Made by a program: the position numbers and the translations under genes. A stretch of DNA of 64,000 nt from Octopus bimaculoides (taxonomy: Eukaryota): positions 8,342,797 to 8,406,796 of the forward strand of contig NC_068989.1 in the NCBI RefSeq assembly GCF_001194135.2, given 5' to 3'. Positions 12,540 to 24,326 of this stretch are shown here, piece after piece; within the stretch, counting starts at the first letter, position 1, and every line of letters begins with the position of its first letter. Below the pieces are notes generated by a model, which was not told the origin of the DNA, did not search any database, and saw only the letters and a program-made list of their open reading frames with translations.

Positions 12540-13991
12540 GAATCCCGGTAAAATGACACATTCCCGATGGCTTACAGCTGCAAATCGCATGCTACGGTTG
12601 TATGTTGCCACCGAAAGCGCTTCTAATACGATGCAATTGTCGCTTACATCATGAAAGTTTGTGCCGATGTGGCTCACAATTTAACGCAACCCTTCCTCGG
12701 AAAATGGGGCTCTAAGTGTGTTCAAGACGACTGAGTTTTTGGGAGAACTTAATCAACCGCTACAAGACATTGTATTTCTGGTTATACAACGGAATGCTCT
12801 CTTCGTGCACCCAGAAAATATTTTACTGGCCATGATAAACGGATGAAACGAGCCACATTCGAGAACTAACATGGAGGCGCATAAAGCAGGCTCGAACTCA
12901 GTATAAAGAGAAATCTGTGCGACCTTTCAAAATTCCTACCCTAAACTTTGCTGCCCCAAACTACATGAACTTAATTAACTGGCATGACCCTATTGTTACT
13001 GAACCACCTCTAACACAGGCATTTTCCAATGAAGAAATCGATACCTTCATTCAACAGCAGTATTTGATGCAATTGGAAAAATTAACGTGCCACATCCAAG
13101 CTGTGGACAGATGTGTAAAACATGTGACAGAAGTATCATCTAATGTTTGTGGTGAGAGCAGTGGAGACGCTTTCATTAGGAGTCAAATCGAATCAAGAGA
13201 GAGAAGAAAAAACCCAATCTCGGTGTTCGAGACAGAAAAGGACTTCAAATTGAAAGGAATTACAGTAATAATCAATTAGAATTGTTTAGTTTAGCTATTT
13301 TCAACATAACAAACAATTACCATTATGTCGTTTTAGGTATCTCCAAAACAATAAATCTTTGATTGTTCGTTTCTTTATTTGAGAATGAGATGCTAATTCT
13401 CGTCTACGAATAAAATTAATTGGCTTTATTACTTGGAACGAAACGGAATGCATTACAATTATTCGTATTATTTAGTTACATGGAACTATTTCGAATAAAT
13501 TGGAAATGCTAATTATTTTTATCACCAAAATGTGTCAAGAATCAAAAATTGGTTTTATTTTAATATTTGTGTAATCTAGACCTCATGTAACACAGATATT
13601 CGGTGGCCTAGTATTAAAAATAATAAAGAAAACAAAGTCGAAAAGTCTATTTATTTCACATAATTTCAAAATTTCAAGTGAGTTGCGGCGTCTGAAAATA
13701 TAAATTTTAGACCTTGGAATTTTAAATCCTTGTTATTAAAGGTTTTCGCAAAACAAAATGGATTCGTAACAATGAATGTAAAAAATAAAATTAAGAACGG
13801 CAAACGTGTTATAAATTGATTTTCTAGCTCATTATTCAAAATTTCAAGTGGGCTGCGGACCCTGAAAGTATCAATTTAAGAACTTCACATTTTAAGACAA
13901 CTGTTGTTAAAGGATTTTGCAATAAGGAATATATTTTTGAAAGCATATTTTGAAAATCTGTGTAAAAAATACCTTTTTTGCTCCACCCCTA
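12540..13991 (+). mobile_element. DNA transposon remnant, probably hATm-like (C-terminal transposase plus right end)
   Basis: Translates to VIQRNALFVHPENILLAMI and KIPTLNFAAPNYMNLINW..TEPPLT..CHIQAVDRCVKHVTEVSSNVCG..FIRSQIESR. Subterminal direct repeats at about 13662 and 13832. Terminus reads TAGGGGTGGAGCAAAAAA on the minus strand. The superfamily assignment is from memory. Confidence 0.65.
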
Positions 13992-14119
13992 CTATACAGA
14001 TGGGCGAAAACGCTTACAGCATACATTTCTGCGGCCAATAGTTATTTATATGTTTTTTAGATTTCAATTATTTCTGTGATAAAATAAGTATTTTCACGCC
14101 TACTATCGCGGGTGTTACG

Positions 14120-14176
14120 TTCCAAATTCCCCCACCCCGATAAGTGAAAATCCGTGAAGTAGAAACTGTACTGTAT
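14120..14176 (-). mobile_element. Possible Tigger/pogo-like terminal fragment
   Basis: Minus strand ctacttcacggattttcacttatc..ggaacgtaacacccgcgata resembles Tigger-type subterminal sequence; short. Confidence 0.3.
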
Positions 14177-14369
14177 AATTTAATTATTTTTATAATTTGT
14201 ATATATTTATTTTATTATAAATGCAAAACAACACCACACACTCGCCTCCTGAGTTTCGTTTTCCATACATTATATGCAATTCTTTATTTACTCATTTACG
14301 GTACACTACGCATTTTCTTTTGATATATTTTAATTAATGTAGTTCTATATTCAAGAGATGAATTATCTA

Positions 14370-14418
14370 CATTATTTACATTTGACGGATATTTGTCCTC
14401 ATATTGTTTGTTAACACA
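14370..14418 (-). mobile_element. Distal 3' fragment of the hammerhead-bearing element
   Basis: attatttacatttgacggatatttgtcctcatattgtttgttaacaca matches 59650-59700 and 7092-7131. Confidence 0.75.
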
Positions 14419-14612
14419 AGGCCCACAATTTTGAGGAAGGAGAGCCAGTCGATTAGATCGACTCCAGTACGCAACTGGTACCTAATTTATCGACCCCTAA
14501 AGGATGAAAGGCAACGTCGACCGCGGTGGAACTTGAACTCAGAACGGAAAGACACGAAATACCGCTGAGCATTTCGCCCGGCGTGCTAACGTTTCTACCA
14601 GCTCACCGCCTT
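14415..14612 (-). mobile_element. SINE family A, near full length
   Basis: tRNA-like head (aaggcggtgagctggtagaaacgttagc..gagttcaagttcc), central gcctttcatcctttaggggtcgataaattaggtaccag block, tail with gccttgtg. Confidence 0.9.
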
Positions 14613-15687
14613 GCAATTACAGAATGTTCTTGCTGAAAAAGCTGTGCAGTTATGCCATTCCTGAAAACCCATAAATGCGAAGCAAACGTCTCGACCTCCC
14701 GATCACGTGTTCGCCCAGCCTCTACATATACACGTGTTTACATGCTTACGGGCATATGAACACTGTTTAGAAAGTGAAGGAGAGTAGCGTTTCGTTTTAA
14801 GGGTTGATACATCACTTGTATTAAATGAATAACAAAGACATCGAGGAAATGAATCGTATTTCTATTAAGCTTTTATTTTATTCCTAACCACATCACGATA
14901 ACTATTACATCATTCTTATTTTATAAGAGATTTTATGCTTGAATACAATAACACGTTGTAGATATATTTCTTCTTTCACCATTAAATTTTTTTTCATTAT
15001 ATGTAAAGTGAATTTCTTTTGGACTTTTTCATTTACAACTGCTGGCTATCTAACGTTGAATGATACGTTAAGTCATCTCTGAGATGAAAACCTATAAAAC
15101 GTGCATTCTAATTGATTGCTTCTATTATAAATTTTACATTAATTTTACTGTTTATCACAAGCTTCCTGGGAAATTGTTCTTTAATTACATTGCATTATAT
15201 TATGATTTATTTACTTATATTTATTTACATTTAATCATTATCAGCTTCTGGTCATCTTTATCATTGAATTCAAATTTTCTGATAATCAACAAAATAGAAT
15301 TGAAGTTTCTTTTTTCTTCATTATTTGTAAGACTTTTACTTCCTATAATGTAGGCTAATTGCGCAATAAACGTTTGATTAAAACAATTAGATCTGCATTG
15401 AAAATATATTTACTGTATCAAATAGTGGTAACGTTTCTTCTTTTAACGCAGTTAAAAAAGATCGTACACTATGAAAATAGTAAAGTCAATGAAGAAAATG
15501 CTTTTTCGTTTGTCAAAAGAAGTAATTATATTTGATCTTGCGAACATAAAGCAGACATATATAACACTTAAAAGCAATAGTCGCTTGAAGGTCATTCTCA
15601 GCAAACTTATGTCTAGGTCAGGACCATATAACATTTTCTAATATGTAGTGACGAATTCAGTCAGATGCTGTTTGATAATCTTCAGAC

Positions 15688-15883
15688 ATATTCTTTTCTA
15701 CTTCAGGCACAAGGCTCGAAATTTTGGGGGAGGGGTTCAGTCGATTAGATCGACCCCATTACGGAACTGCTACTTAATTTATTGAAAGGATGAAAGGCAA
15801 AGTCGACCTCGGTGGAATTTGAATCCAGAACGTAAAGACAGACAAAATACCGCTAAGCATGTTGCCCGGCGTGCTAACGTTTC
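15688..15883 (-). mobile_element. SINE family A, head-truncated
   Basis: Same central block and tail as 14415-14612 and 42040-42257. Confidence 0.9.
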
Positions 15884-16110
15884 TTATTTCCTTATTGCCC
15901 ACAAGGGGCTAAACTAAACATAGAGGGGACAAACAAGGACAGACAAAGGGGTTAAGTCGATTACATCGACTCCAGTGCGTAACTGGTACTTTATCGACCT
16001 CGAAAGGATGAAAGGCAAAGTCGACCTCGGCGGAATTTGAACGTAACGGCAGACGAAATACCGCTAAGCATTTCGCCCGGCGTGGTAACGGTTCTGCCAG
16101 CTCGCCGCCT
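15884..16110 (-). mobile_element. SINE family A variant with a different 3' tail
   Basis: Same head and central block. The tail on the plus strand is ttatttccttattgcccacaaggggctaaac..ggggacaaacaaggacagacaaagggg. Confidence 0.88.
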
Positions 16111-16632
16111 CGTCTATAGATATATTGCACTCACTCTTCTTGTCCATTATATTTTTTGGACCAATTGTTGTTGTATAACTGTGATCCATCGCTGATTGAG
16201 TAAAACTTTGCTCAAAGATATTCCAGCTATAAACACCGTTTCTATTTCAGACATTTGATGAAGTTTTAACTGCAATTTCTAACAAATCGAACGGCCGCAT
16301 AGAGGCTCTTTATTCGAATATAGTTTTTGTTCACTTTTGTTGCTTTTGTGAGCGAATGACAAGTTTGGAAGGTGTGTGCACTGTGTATGCATAAGATAAA
16401 TTTACAACGACTTCTTTATTTCTTTTTGATACTTTTATTGTCATAGAGGTGTTGTATTTAAATCCGAGTATGAATGATTTCGACGTGTGTTATATGTCTG
16501 TTTCGTGGCGTATGATACAGCGTGGTAAGTGACGTTGAAGGCTCCGTGGTTAAGAAATTAGTTATATATGAGAAATTAGTANNNNNNNNNNNNNNNNNNN
16601 NNNNNNNNNNNNNNNNNNNNNNNNNNNNNNNN

Positions 16633-16670
<38 letters not shown>

Positions 16671-16681
16671 GTACACACATG

Positions 16682-16716
<35 letters not shown>

Positions 16717-16911
16717 ATGTGTGTGTGTCAGATAAGACGGTGCGTTATTGTGGCTATGAATTGTTTTGACTGCTATTTCTAGCAATGCCGGTGCTGAATA
16801 ACGCCCTCAGTCGTTTTAGTGACGTATATATTTTTACCCTTCAGTTGAAAAATTGCTAACCACCCATCCTCCTTATGTATATATGTATATGTGTATATAA
16901 ATATGTATCAG

Positions 16912-17050
16912 TGTTAGTTTGTTTATGTCCCCGTAACATAGCAGTTTGGCAAAGGAAACGATAGAATAAGCACTAGATTTATAAAAATATGTATTGGGTT
17001 CAATTTCCTCAACTAAAATTTTCAAGTTAGTACTGCAGCATGACCACACC
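16912..17050 (+). mobile_element. SINE family B 3' part, degenerate
   Basis: gtttgtttatgtccccgtaacatagcagtttggcaaaggaaacgatagaataagcactag matches 59580-59638. Confidence 0.65.
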
Positions 17051-18015
17051 ACGTAAAATTAATGCTGATAATACAAAAAGAGATAATTAATACGGTAGGC
17101 GCTGGTCTAGATCGGGAGTTTCTTGTTTATTAATGCATTGTCGAAGTAGATCTGATTTACTTTTCTGCGGGATGATGTACTGTTGTACAATAGAAGAACG
17201 ATGCAACATGACGTTAACTACCTATGAAGCTGAGTGAATGTTTTGATGACGTGTATGGCGGTCTAGCAGATATGCTTTAAAAGCAAGGTGTATTCATTTA
17301 TGGATAGATATTTTTGGTAACCAAGGAAAATGCAATTTATGGAAGTGGTTATGTCCATTACATAAGATTAGTTGTCTGACATGTAGTTTGCTGGACAGCT
17401 TCTGCTTATTTTTCTTTCTTTTAAGTGGAAAGCGAAAATAGAATTGACAGTTTTGATGTATCTATGTGTCTAGTTTCAATTGTCATATATACTTGTATGT
17501 TTCAGGGGCATCTAAATTTCTCTTGAGATTTTGAAATGAAAATGCGTGGGTTAAATTTGTCAATAATGAATATTTTCATACATTATTGTTTATGAGTATT
17601 TTCACACATTTAAGGATCATCCCTGATCAAACAAGCTTACGTTCAAAGCTATTCTAGTTATGGCCGTTCATCTATTCATGAAATTGTTTATTTTGGCCTC
17701 TCATAGCCAGCGTCTCAGAGATATCACTCTTCCTAACAGTAGGATGAGAATGAAAAGATATTTCGTTGATATTTCAAATACAATTCAGTGAAGACAGTGA
17801 CTCTCTCGTTGTCTCGTTGATACAGATAATTATAAATATTATAAACATAGTCATCCATAGTTATATGACGATTATTTCAGGCCCTAGGTGTTGTTTGCAA
17901 TTATGAAAAGAACTTAGGGGTTAGATTTCTCTATTGCTATTGCTATTTGGCTCTTTGATGTAACTAAGTAATCAAAATTATGCTCTATTTTTGTGTACGT
18001 GATCTTATAAATAAG

Positions 18016-18839
18016 TATGCGGACTGTTCCTATAGTAACGGAGCTAAAGCATAGAAAGTGAAGCCGTTTGGAACAAATTGACCTTAAACTCTGTTGTGCA
18101 TGTGCACTAAGTTTTAACCTTCTAGCTTCCTTCCCCTGTTTACAACGGTGCTTGGAAGGAAGATGTGTAACGTGAGATCGCCGCATTGACCATGACAAGG
18201 TAAGTTGAACAGAGAATCCGCATCAAATTTTGCCAAAAGTTTGGCGGTACCTGCTCAGAAACTACGCGAAATTTTCAAAAGATTTCATCGTTCTCGACAC
18301 AATCAAGGAGAGCTTGTGCAACTGAAACCCGAGTGGCTTTTCGGTCAGCTGATAGCAGTTCTGTTACAAACATGACAAACACGTGTCTCATACCTAAATT
18401 CGCAGTGATAATGGATTGAACTGAACCGTAACTAATCTACACGTCTTCTGATAACTCACGGATGGTGATTCGACGATTTCTCCTCACAGTTGCAAGCACA
18501 TCTGCGATATTTTTCTCCGTTCTGCTGGTTGCGGGTCTCCCAAAACGTTCGTCAATATCGAGATTTTTCGGTCATCTTGGAAATGTTTGTACCAGTCATA
18601 CACTTCTGTGTAATTCATACACTCTCTGCAACTTTGCATAATCCTTTGAGCAGGTATCGCATTGACAACTTTCTCTGTCAAGGACAATGCGATGATCACA
18701 CGCTACACACCTTCCTTCCAAGCACTGCTGTAAACAGCAGATGTAAGCTAGAATGTTAAAGTTTAGTGCACATGCACAGCAGCGTCTGAGGTCAATGAGT
18801 GTCAAGCGGCTTCATTCTGCGGGCTTTAGCTTTGTCACT
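18016..18839. mobile_element. Fold-back mariner derivative made of two inverted 5' ends
   Basis: Inverted arms with exact blocks (18095-18110 vs 18763-18778; 18148-18162 vs 18711-18725). The plus arm encodes MTR*VEQRIRIKFCQKFGGTCSE. The minus arm encodes the HTH/linker (EVYDWYKHFQDDR..RRITIRELSEDV*ISYGSVQSII..LGMRHV). No catalytic domain. Confidence 0.82.
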
Positions 18840-18842
18840 CCA

Positions 18843-19201
18843 CACTTATTGCAGCCCCTATGTATTCCATGTACTTCTCAAGATTTTTACTCACTATTCC
18901 CAGGGCCCCGACAATTATTGGTATTGCTACTCCCTTTTTCATCCACCACAACAGCTTAACCTCCCAAGCTAACCTGTCATATCTATCGACTTTTCTCTTT
19001 TCCTTATCGCATACCTTGTTGCCAGCTGGGCATGCTATATATCTATGTCTGGCTTCCTATTCTCTATTTTATGGTCGCACTGAATCATAAAATTCCATAG
19101 GATCTTTGCATTATCATTTTCGATGATGCTTTTGGGTTTATTATGGTCGTACCGATTTTTTACTCTGTCAAGTCCATACTTGTTGCAAAGTGCCCAATAT
19201 A
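18843..19201 (-). mobile_element. R4/Dong-like RLE-domain fragment
   Basis: YWALCNKYGL..PKSIIENDNAKILWNFMIQCDHKIENRKPDI..IACPAGNKV..KEREK..RYDRLAWEVK..IPIIVGALG. Confidence 0.85.
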
Positions 19202-20514
19202 NNNNNNNNNNNNNNNNNNNNNNNNNNNNNNNNNNNNNNNNNNNNNNNNNNNNNNNNNNNNNNNNNNNNNNNNNNNNNNNNNNNNNNNNNNNNNNNNNNN
19301 NNNNNNNNNNNNNNNNNNNNNNNNNNNNNNNNNNNNNNNNNNNNNNNNNNNNNNNNNNNNNNNNNNNNNNNNNNNNNNNNNNNNNNNNNNNNNNNNNNNN
19401 NNNNNNNNNNNNNNNNNNNNNNNNNNNNNNNNNNNNNNNNNNNNNNNNNNNNNNNNNNNNNNNNNNNNNNNNNNNNNNNNNNNNNNNNNNNNNNNNNNNN
19501 NNNNNNNNNNNNNNNNNNNNNNNNNNNNNNNNNNNNNNNNNNNNNNNNNNNNNNNNNNNNNNNNNNNNNNNNNNNNNNNNNNNNNNNNNNNNNNNNNNNN
19601 NNNNNNNNNNNNNNNNNNNNNNNNNNNNNNNNNNNNNNNNNNNNNNNNNNNNNNNNNNNNNNNNNNNNNNNNNNNNNNNNNNNNNNNNNNNNNNNNNNNN
19701 NNNNNNNNNNNNNNNNNNNNNNNNNNNNNNNNNNNNNNNNNNNNNNNNNNNNNNNNNNNNNNNNNNNNNNNNNNNNNNNNNNNNNNNNNNNNNNNNNNNN
19801 NNNNNNNNNNNNNNNNNNNNNNNNNNNNNNNNNNNNNNNNNNNNNNNNNNNNNNNGTGTGTGTGTGGAGGTTTGTATATTTGAGAATACGGTTGTATATG
19901 TGCGCCAGTATCTGAAAACAAAGAAACGAGTTGGTGAAATCAGATAAAATAAAATGTACCTGACCACTTTACAGTTATACTCATAAACACACACAAAGAC
20001 GAACGCAGAATATAAATATATACATACATACTTACAAACATATACATATATATATATATATGTATACATACACACACACACACACACATATACGTATACA
20101 CGTGTGTGTGTGTGGAAGGGGCATGTGCTTCTGTGTTTGTGCGAGTGCGTGTGTATGCATAAGTTTTCTCGCAGAATGGTCTTATTATTGCATTATGTAA
20201 TTATTGTTACATGATACACAAAACATTACATAGTCAATAACTATCATAAACTAGCACTGGATTGTATTATGTAATTAAACTAACAATATGGTAGTGAGTG
20301 CTCCCTTTCCACATATATATATATATGTGTATGTGTTATAATTATATCTATTGTAAACGTATCTAATATTACATATCCTATTGTATAATCGGAAATACTG
20401 TTTCGTTCACACACGTTTTTGTTTGTACAGTGCATATGCAACAACAAAAGAACGTATTTAGATATATATTCGTATACAGTAGTGTTTGATCGATGCCGGG
20501 CAATATAATTCAAC

Positions 20515-21330
20515 TAATTATCTTTCCGTCACTTTGAACGGTGAAGTTCCAAAGGAGTGAGATGTGGTCATTTTCAAGTACTGACGGTGGTTTGTGTTTC
20601 CACCAGTTTTTATTATGAGACAGGCCCAAGTCTTTGCAAATTAACCAGTGAATATACTTTGCTGTGCTATCATGCCTGTTGAAATACTCTGTAGGCGCAA
20701 GAAGACTGCACATAGAGAGAACATGATCGATGGTTTCATTTTGTTGTTTACATACATGACATGTTGGGCTACTGCCGTTCTTTAAGATGCTGACCTGGTA
20801 GCTTCTTGTAGGTAGGCATTCATCTTGGTCTGCTATGATAAACCTCTCTGTCGCTGATTTTAAGTTAGAAAACATTAACCATTGATGGGTAAGGGCTTTG
20901 TCAGCATCGGCATTATTAGCTTTCTTTGGGTATTTACCACTGAGAGGTTTTTCTTGCTATGTATCAGTAAGAATATCTAAGGGAACAGTTTTAGCAGGGG
21001 TTTCCATACGTTTAGCTTTGTCAGTGTTTGTTTCCAGTACGTCTAATTCTGGAATTTGTTGTATTTAGAATTCACTTAGATATTTCTTTGCCTATTTTGT
21101 TACTGGGTATGTCGTTTTCTTGATTTAATGCTTTAAGACGAGTTTTAACATCCAGGTCATATCGTTTTTCAGGTAGGTATTTAGGCCAATTGTGGCAATC
21201 TTCATTGTTGATTCCAGTTATAAAAGTTCACGGTCACCCTCTTTTATTGGCAGCTAAAGTCGTTCTATATCTGCCTTAATGTGGTGCTTACCATATTGTC
21301 AATTGTTTTCGTATTTTTCAATCAATATTA
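20515..21330 (-). mobile_element. R4/Dong-like fragment (post-RT region plus CCHC zinc knuckle)
   Basis: KADIERL..PIKEGDR, NLKSATERFIIADQDECLPTRSY, CHVCKQQNETIDHVLSMC (CxxC..H..C), RHDSTAKYIHW, HKPPSVLENDHISLLWNFTVQSD. A (TAA)-rich tract lies upstream at 21391-21451. Confidence 0.88.
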
Positions 21331-21853
21331 CAGATTTCAGTAATCGACCAGTAAATAATATTGAAACTTAAAATCACCACCGGTATGGCTATAATATTAT
21401 TATTATGGTTAAATTATTATTATTATTGTTTTTGTTGTTGTTATTATTATTAAAACAAAAAGAAGAGCACGACTGTTATTGGTAATACATATAGATTGAC
21501 TCTGTTTATTAAAAAGAAAATGGAACGGACGAACAATATTTCGACACTCCGTGTGTCTTTTACAAGCTCAAAATATAAAACGAAATTAAATTCAAAGATA
21601 GGAAAAGCTGAAACACCCAAAATTAAACGGGAACAACTGCGTTTCTTTCCATGTTATACGACTTCATCACTCTTTGGTCTTTGTCTAGAAGTTCCAAAAT
21701 CATGGTTATGTGCAATAAAGTGTTTGTCCATTTGACCTCCAAATTAGATTTACTAAACCGCCTACCAGTTGTCAATACGACGCATAATGACACGGCTGCT
21801 TGGAAGAGTGGCACATTGTACTTAATGCATTTTTCCGGTTTTATTATACTCAC

Positions 21854-21859
21854 CGCTTG
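21854..21859 (-). CDS. Candidate 6-nt microexon (CAAGCG)
   Basis: tttcatttcAG|CAAGCG|GTGAGTA; a TGC lies about 22 nt upstream of the acceptor. Motif evidence only. Confidence 0.2.
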
Positions 21860-23931
21860 CTGAAATGAAATTACTTCGAAGGCAAATTTGTGTGTTATCC
21901 GTTCGATAATGACGAATTATAAGTAAATAAAAAGTAATCCACTATCAGCTTGAATTCTATGAACAACATACCTATGGTACAAACCTCTTCAGTGAGGAGC
22001 GCCGTTAATTAATGGAAAGCCATGTCCTCATTTGTTAGGATACTTCAAAAATTACTTCGAGAAAGGTCTGATCACACGATTACATTTTGCTTTCTGTTAT
22101 GTACCTGTGGCATTGTTTTCAACACAATATGAAAACATAGGACGGATGTATATTTTGGTTTAATTACGTTTGAAATGGAAATATAGCCAGACATGTTATT
22201 CATGTCGACAATTCTAAATAGTAGGCTTGAATGAATAATCGAGACTAAATTCAGAACAATATCACGTTTAACACCAATACACCCTCACACCACCCTTACA
22301 CCACCCAAAACATGTCACTTTTACTTTTTGTTTTTCGTTTTACATCTTTTCTTTCTTAATGTCAGCGACTTTTCTTGCAACTTTCGTTTTTTTTCTGATT
22401 TCCTTGTATTATTCATTTCAAATTTATTTTCAGCCAAAAATAATTCCAATGAAAATAAAAAAAAGTAAAACTAAAACTTATTTCGAGCATAAAACGTCCG
22501 AAATGCATTAATTTAAATTACAATTGTTTCCAGCTTTCTCTTTTATATTCTCCATTCATCTACCACACAAGTTTATTATCGATTACCGTAAATCTTGATT
22601 TATTGNNNNNNNNNNNNNNNNNNNNNNNNNNNNNNNNNNNNNNNNNNNNNNNNNNNNNNNNNNNNNNNNNNNNNNNNNNNNNNNNNNNNNNNNNNNNNNN
22701 NNNNNNNNNNNNNNNNNNNNNNNNNNNNNNNNNNNNNNNNNNNNNNNNNNNNNNNNNNNNNNNNNNNNNNNNNNNNNNNNNNNNNNNNNNNNNNNNNNNN
22801 NNNNNNNNNNNNNNNNNNNNNNNNNNNNNNNNNNNNNNNNNNNNNNNNNNNNNNNNNNNNNNNNNNNNNNNNNNNNNNNNNNNNNNNNNNNNNNNNNNNN
22901 NNNNNNNNNNNNNNNNNNNNNNNNNNATATATATATATATATAGGGAAAAGTTAAGAGTGATGCGAATTGAAAATAAATGAGTATTAATTAAGATTTGAA
23001 TGTTATTCTGTTTAAATGGTAAGAATTAGAAGCCTCACAAATTACTGAAATGGTTCTTTACACCGACACCTACCGAATAAAAGACAGACGCGGTGTAGAT
23101 ACATAATTGTGTTTATTTGGTGATGATTTATTGAATTCAGAGCAAAGAGTGAAATTTATTAACGATGCACATTATCTGAATTTGTGACTTATCTGGTGTA
23201 CAGTCATTTAAGATAAGAATTTGATACTTTTAACTCGGTATAAGCGCTACTTTTCGACAACTTTTCGTAAGATGTTATGCTATTACGGATCACCTTACTG
23301 AATTATTGACAAGTCTCTCGTCTTCTTTTAGGCTAGAGGTGTACTGGAATTGCGAGATGGCTTTCATTTCTCTTCGCATTAACATTAACGAACTTTTGTA
23401 AGCTCGTAATTATACATATTTTCCGTGGGTTCACACAGTTCTTCTCCATACATTCTCCAGAGAATATATTTGCCCAGTGTATTACTATCTTTGACATGTC
23501 TCTGATACTGAGTGGGCAGGTTGTGGATGTAACAGATGTATGTATTTGGTCCATGCTTTAATTATTCCAAAGTGTATACTCTATAAATTCTAACTAATGA
23601 AGATAACATCGTTCGCCAAAGAATTATTATAGAACCCTTTCTGCCATGACTCCACTGACATGATGCTGTTTTTAATTGAGCCGTTTAAGCTCATTACATT
23701 TCTCGTGCTTCCAGATTCGGAGGAGGCGGGCTTCTTTTAAAGTCGCTAACGTAGCAAGATCTCTATCTTTTCTTGAATATACGTAAAGACATGTCTTTGA
23801 TACATACATACAGACATACGCACACACACGCGAGCGCTGATGTGTACTCGTGTATATGTGATGTATTTGTGTGTGTGTATATAGAGGACGTGAGAGAAAC
23901 ATACAAAAATTCATATATAAATATACATATG

Positions 23932-23974
<43 letters not shown>

Positions 23975-24274
23975 ACACACATATATATATACATACAAAA
24001 AATACGTTTTCAGACGCGTTGGAATTTTGAGATACATGTCAAAAAGTTATAAATAACATGTAAGTACTAAGTTGCAAAACCGTTATGGTTAGATAAAATT
24101 TATCGAAAAAGATTTTCAGACCATTGTTTACGTGATGATACCTTTACCTTCATGCCCTGTGTAGACGATATCCAAAGCAAAAAGAATTATTTAAAATTCC
24201 TTCGAAAGATTATGAAATTTTTATGACGTCAACAATACATATATACATGCATATGTATTCACACATACACACAT

Positions 24275-24326
24275 GCTTGCTTCCCAACCACATGGTTCCG
24301 GGTTCAGTTCCACTGCGTGGCACACC
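24275..24326 (+). mobile_element. SINE family B head fragment
   Basis: gcttgcttcccaaccacatggttccgggttcagttccactgcgtggcac matches 47560-47606. Confidence 0.7.

Noticed and set aside
17100-17640. Possible Penelope ORF remnant (FPWLPKISIH on the minus strand)
   Set aside because: Only one short motif; no RT or GIY-YIG signature could be traced.
23333-23560. Protein-looking open frames on both strands in unique sequence
   Set aside because: There is no consistent strong acceptor-donor pair and no recognisable motif; frames of 60-75 codons are expected by chance.
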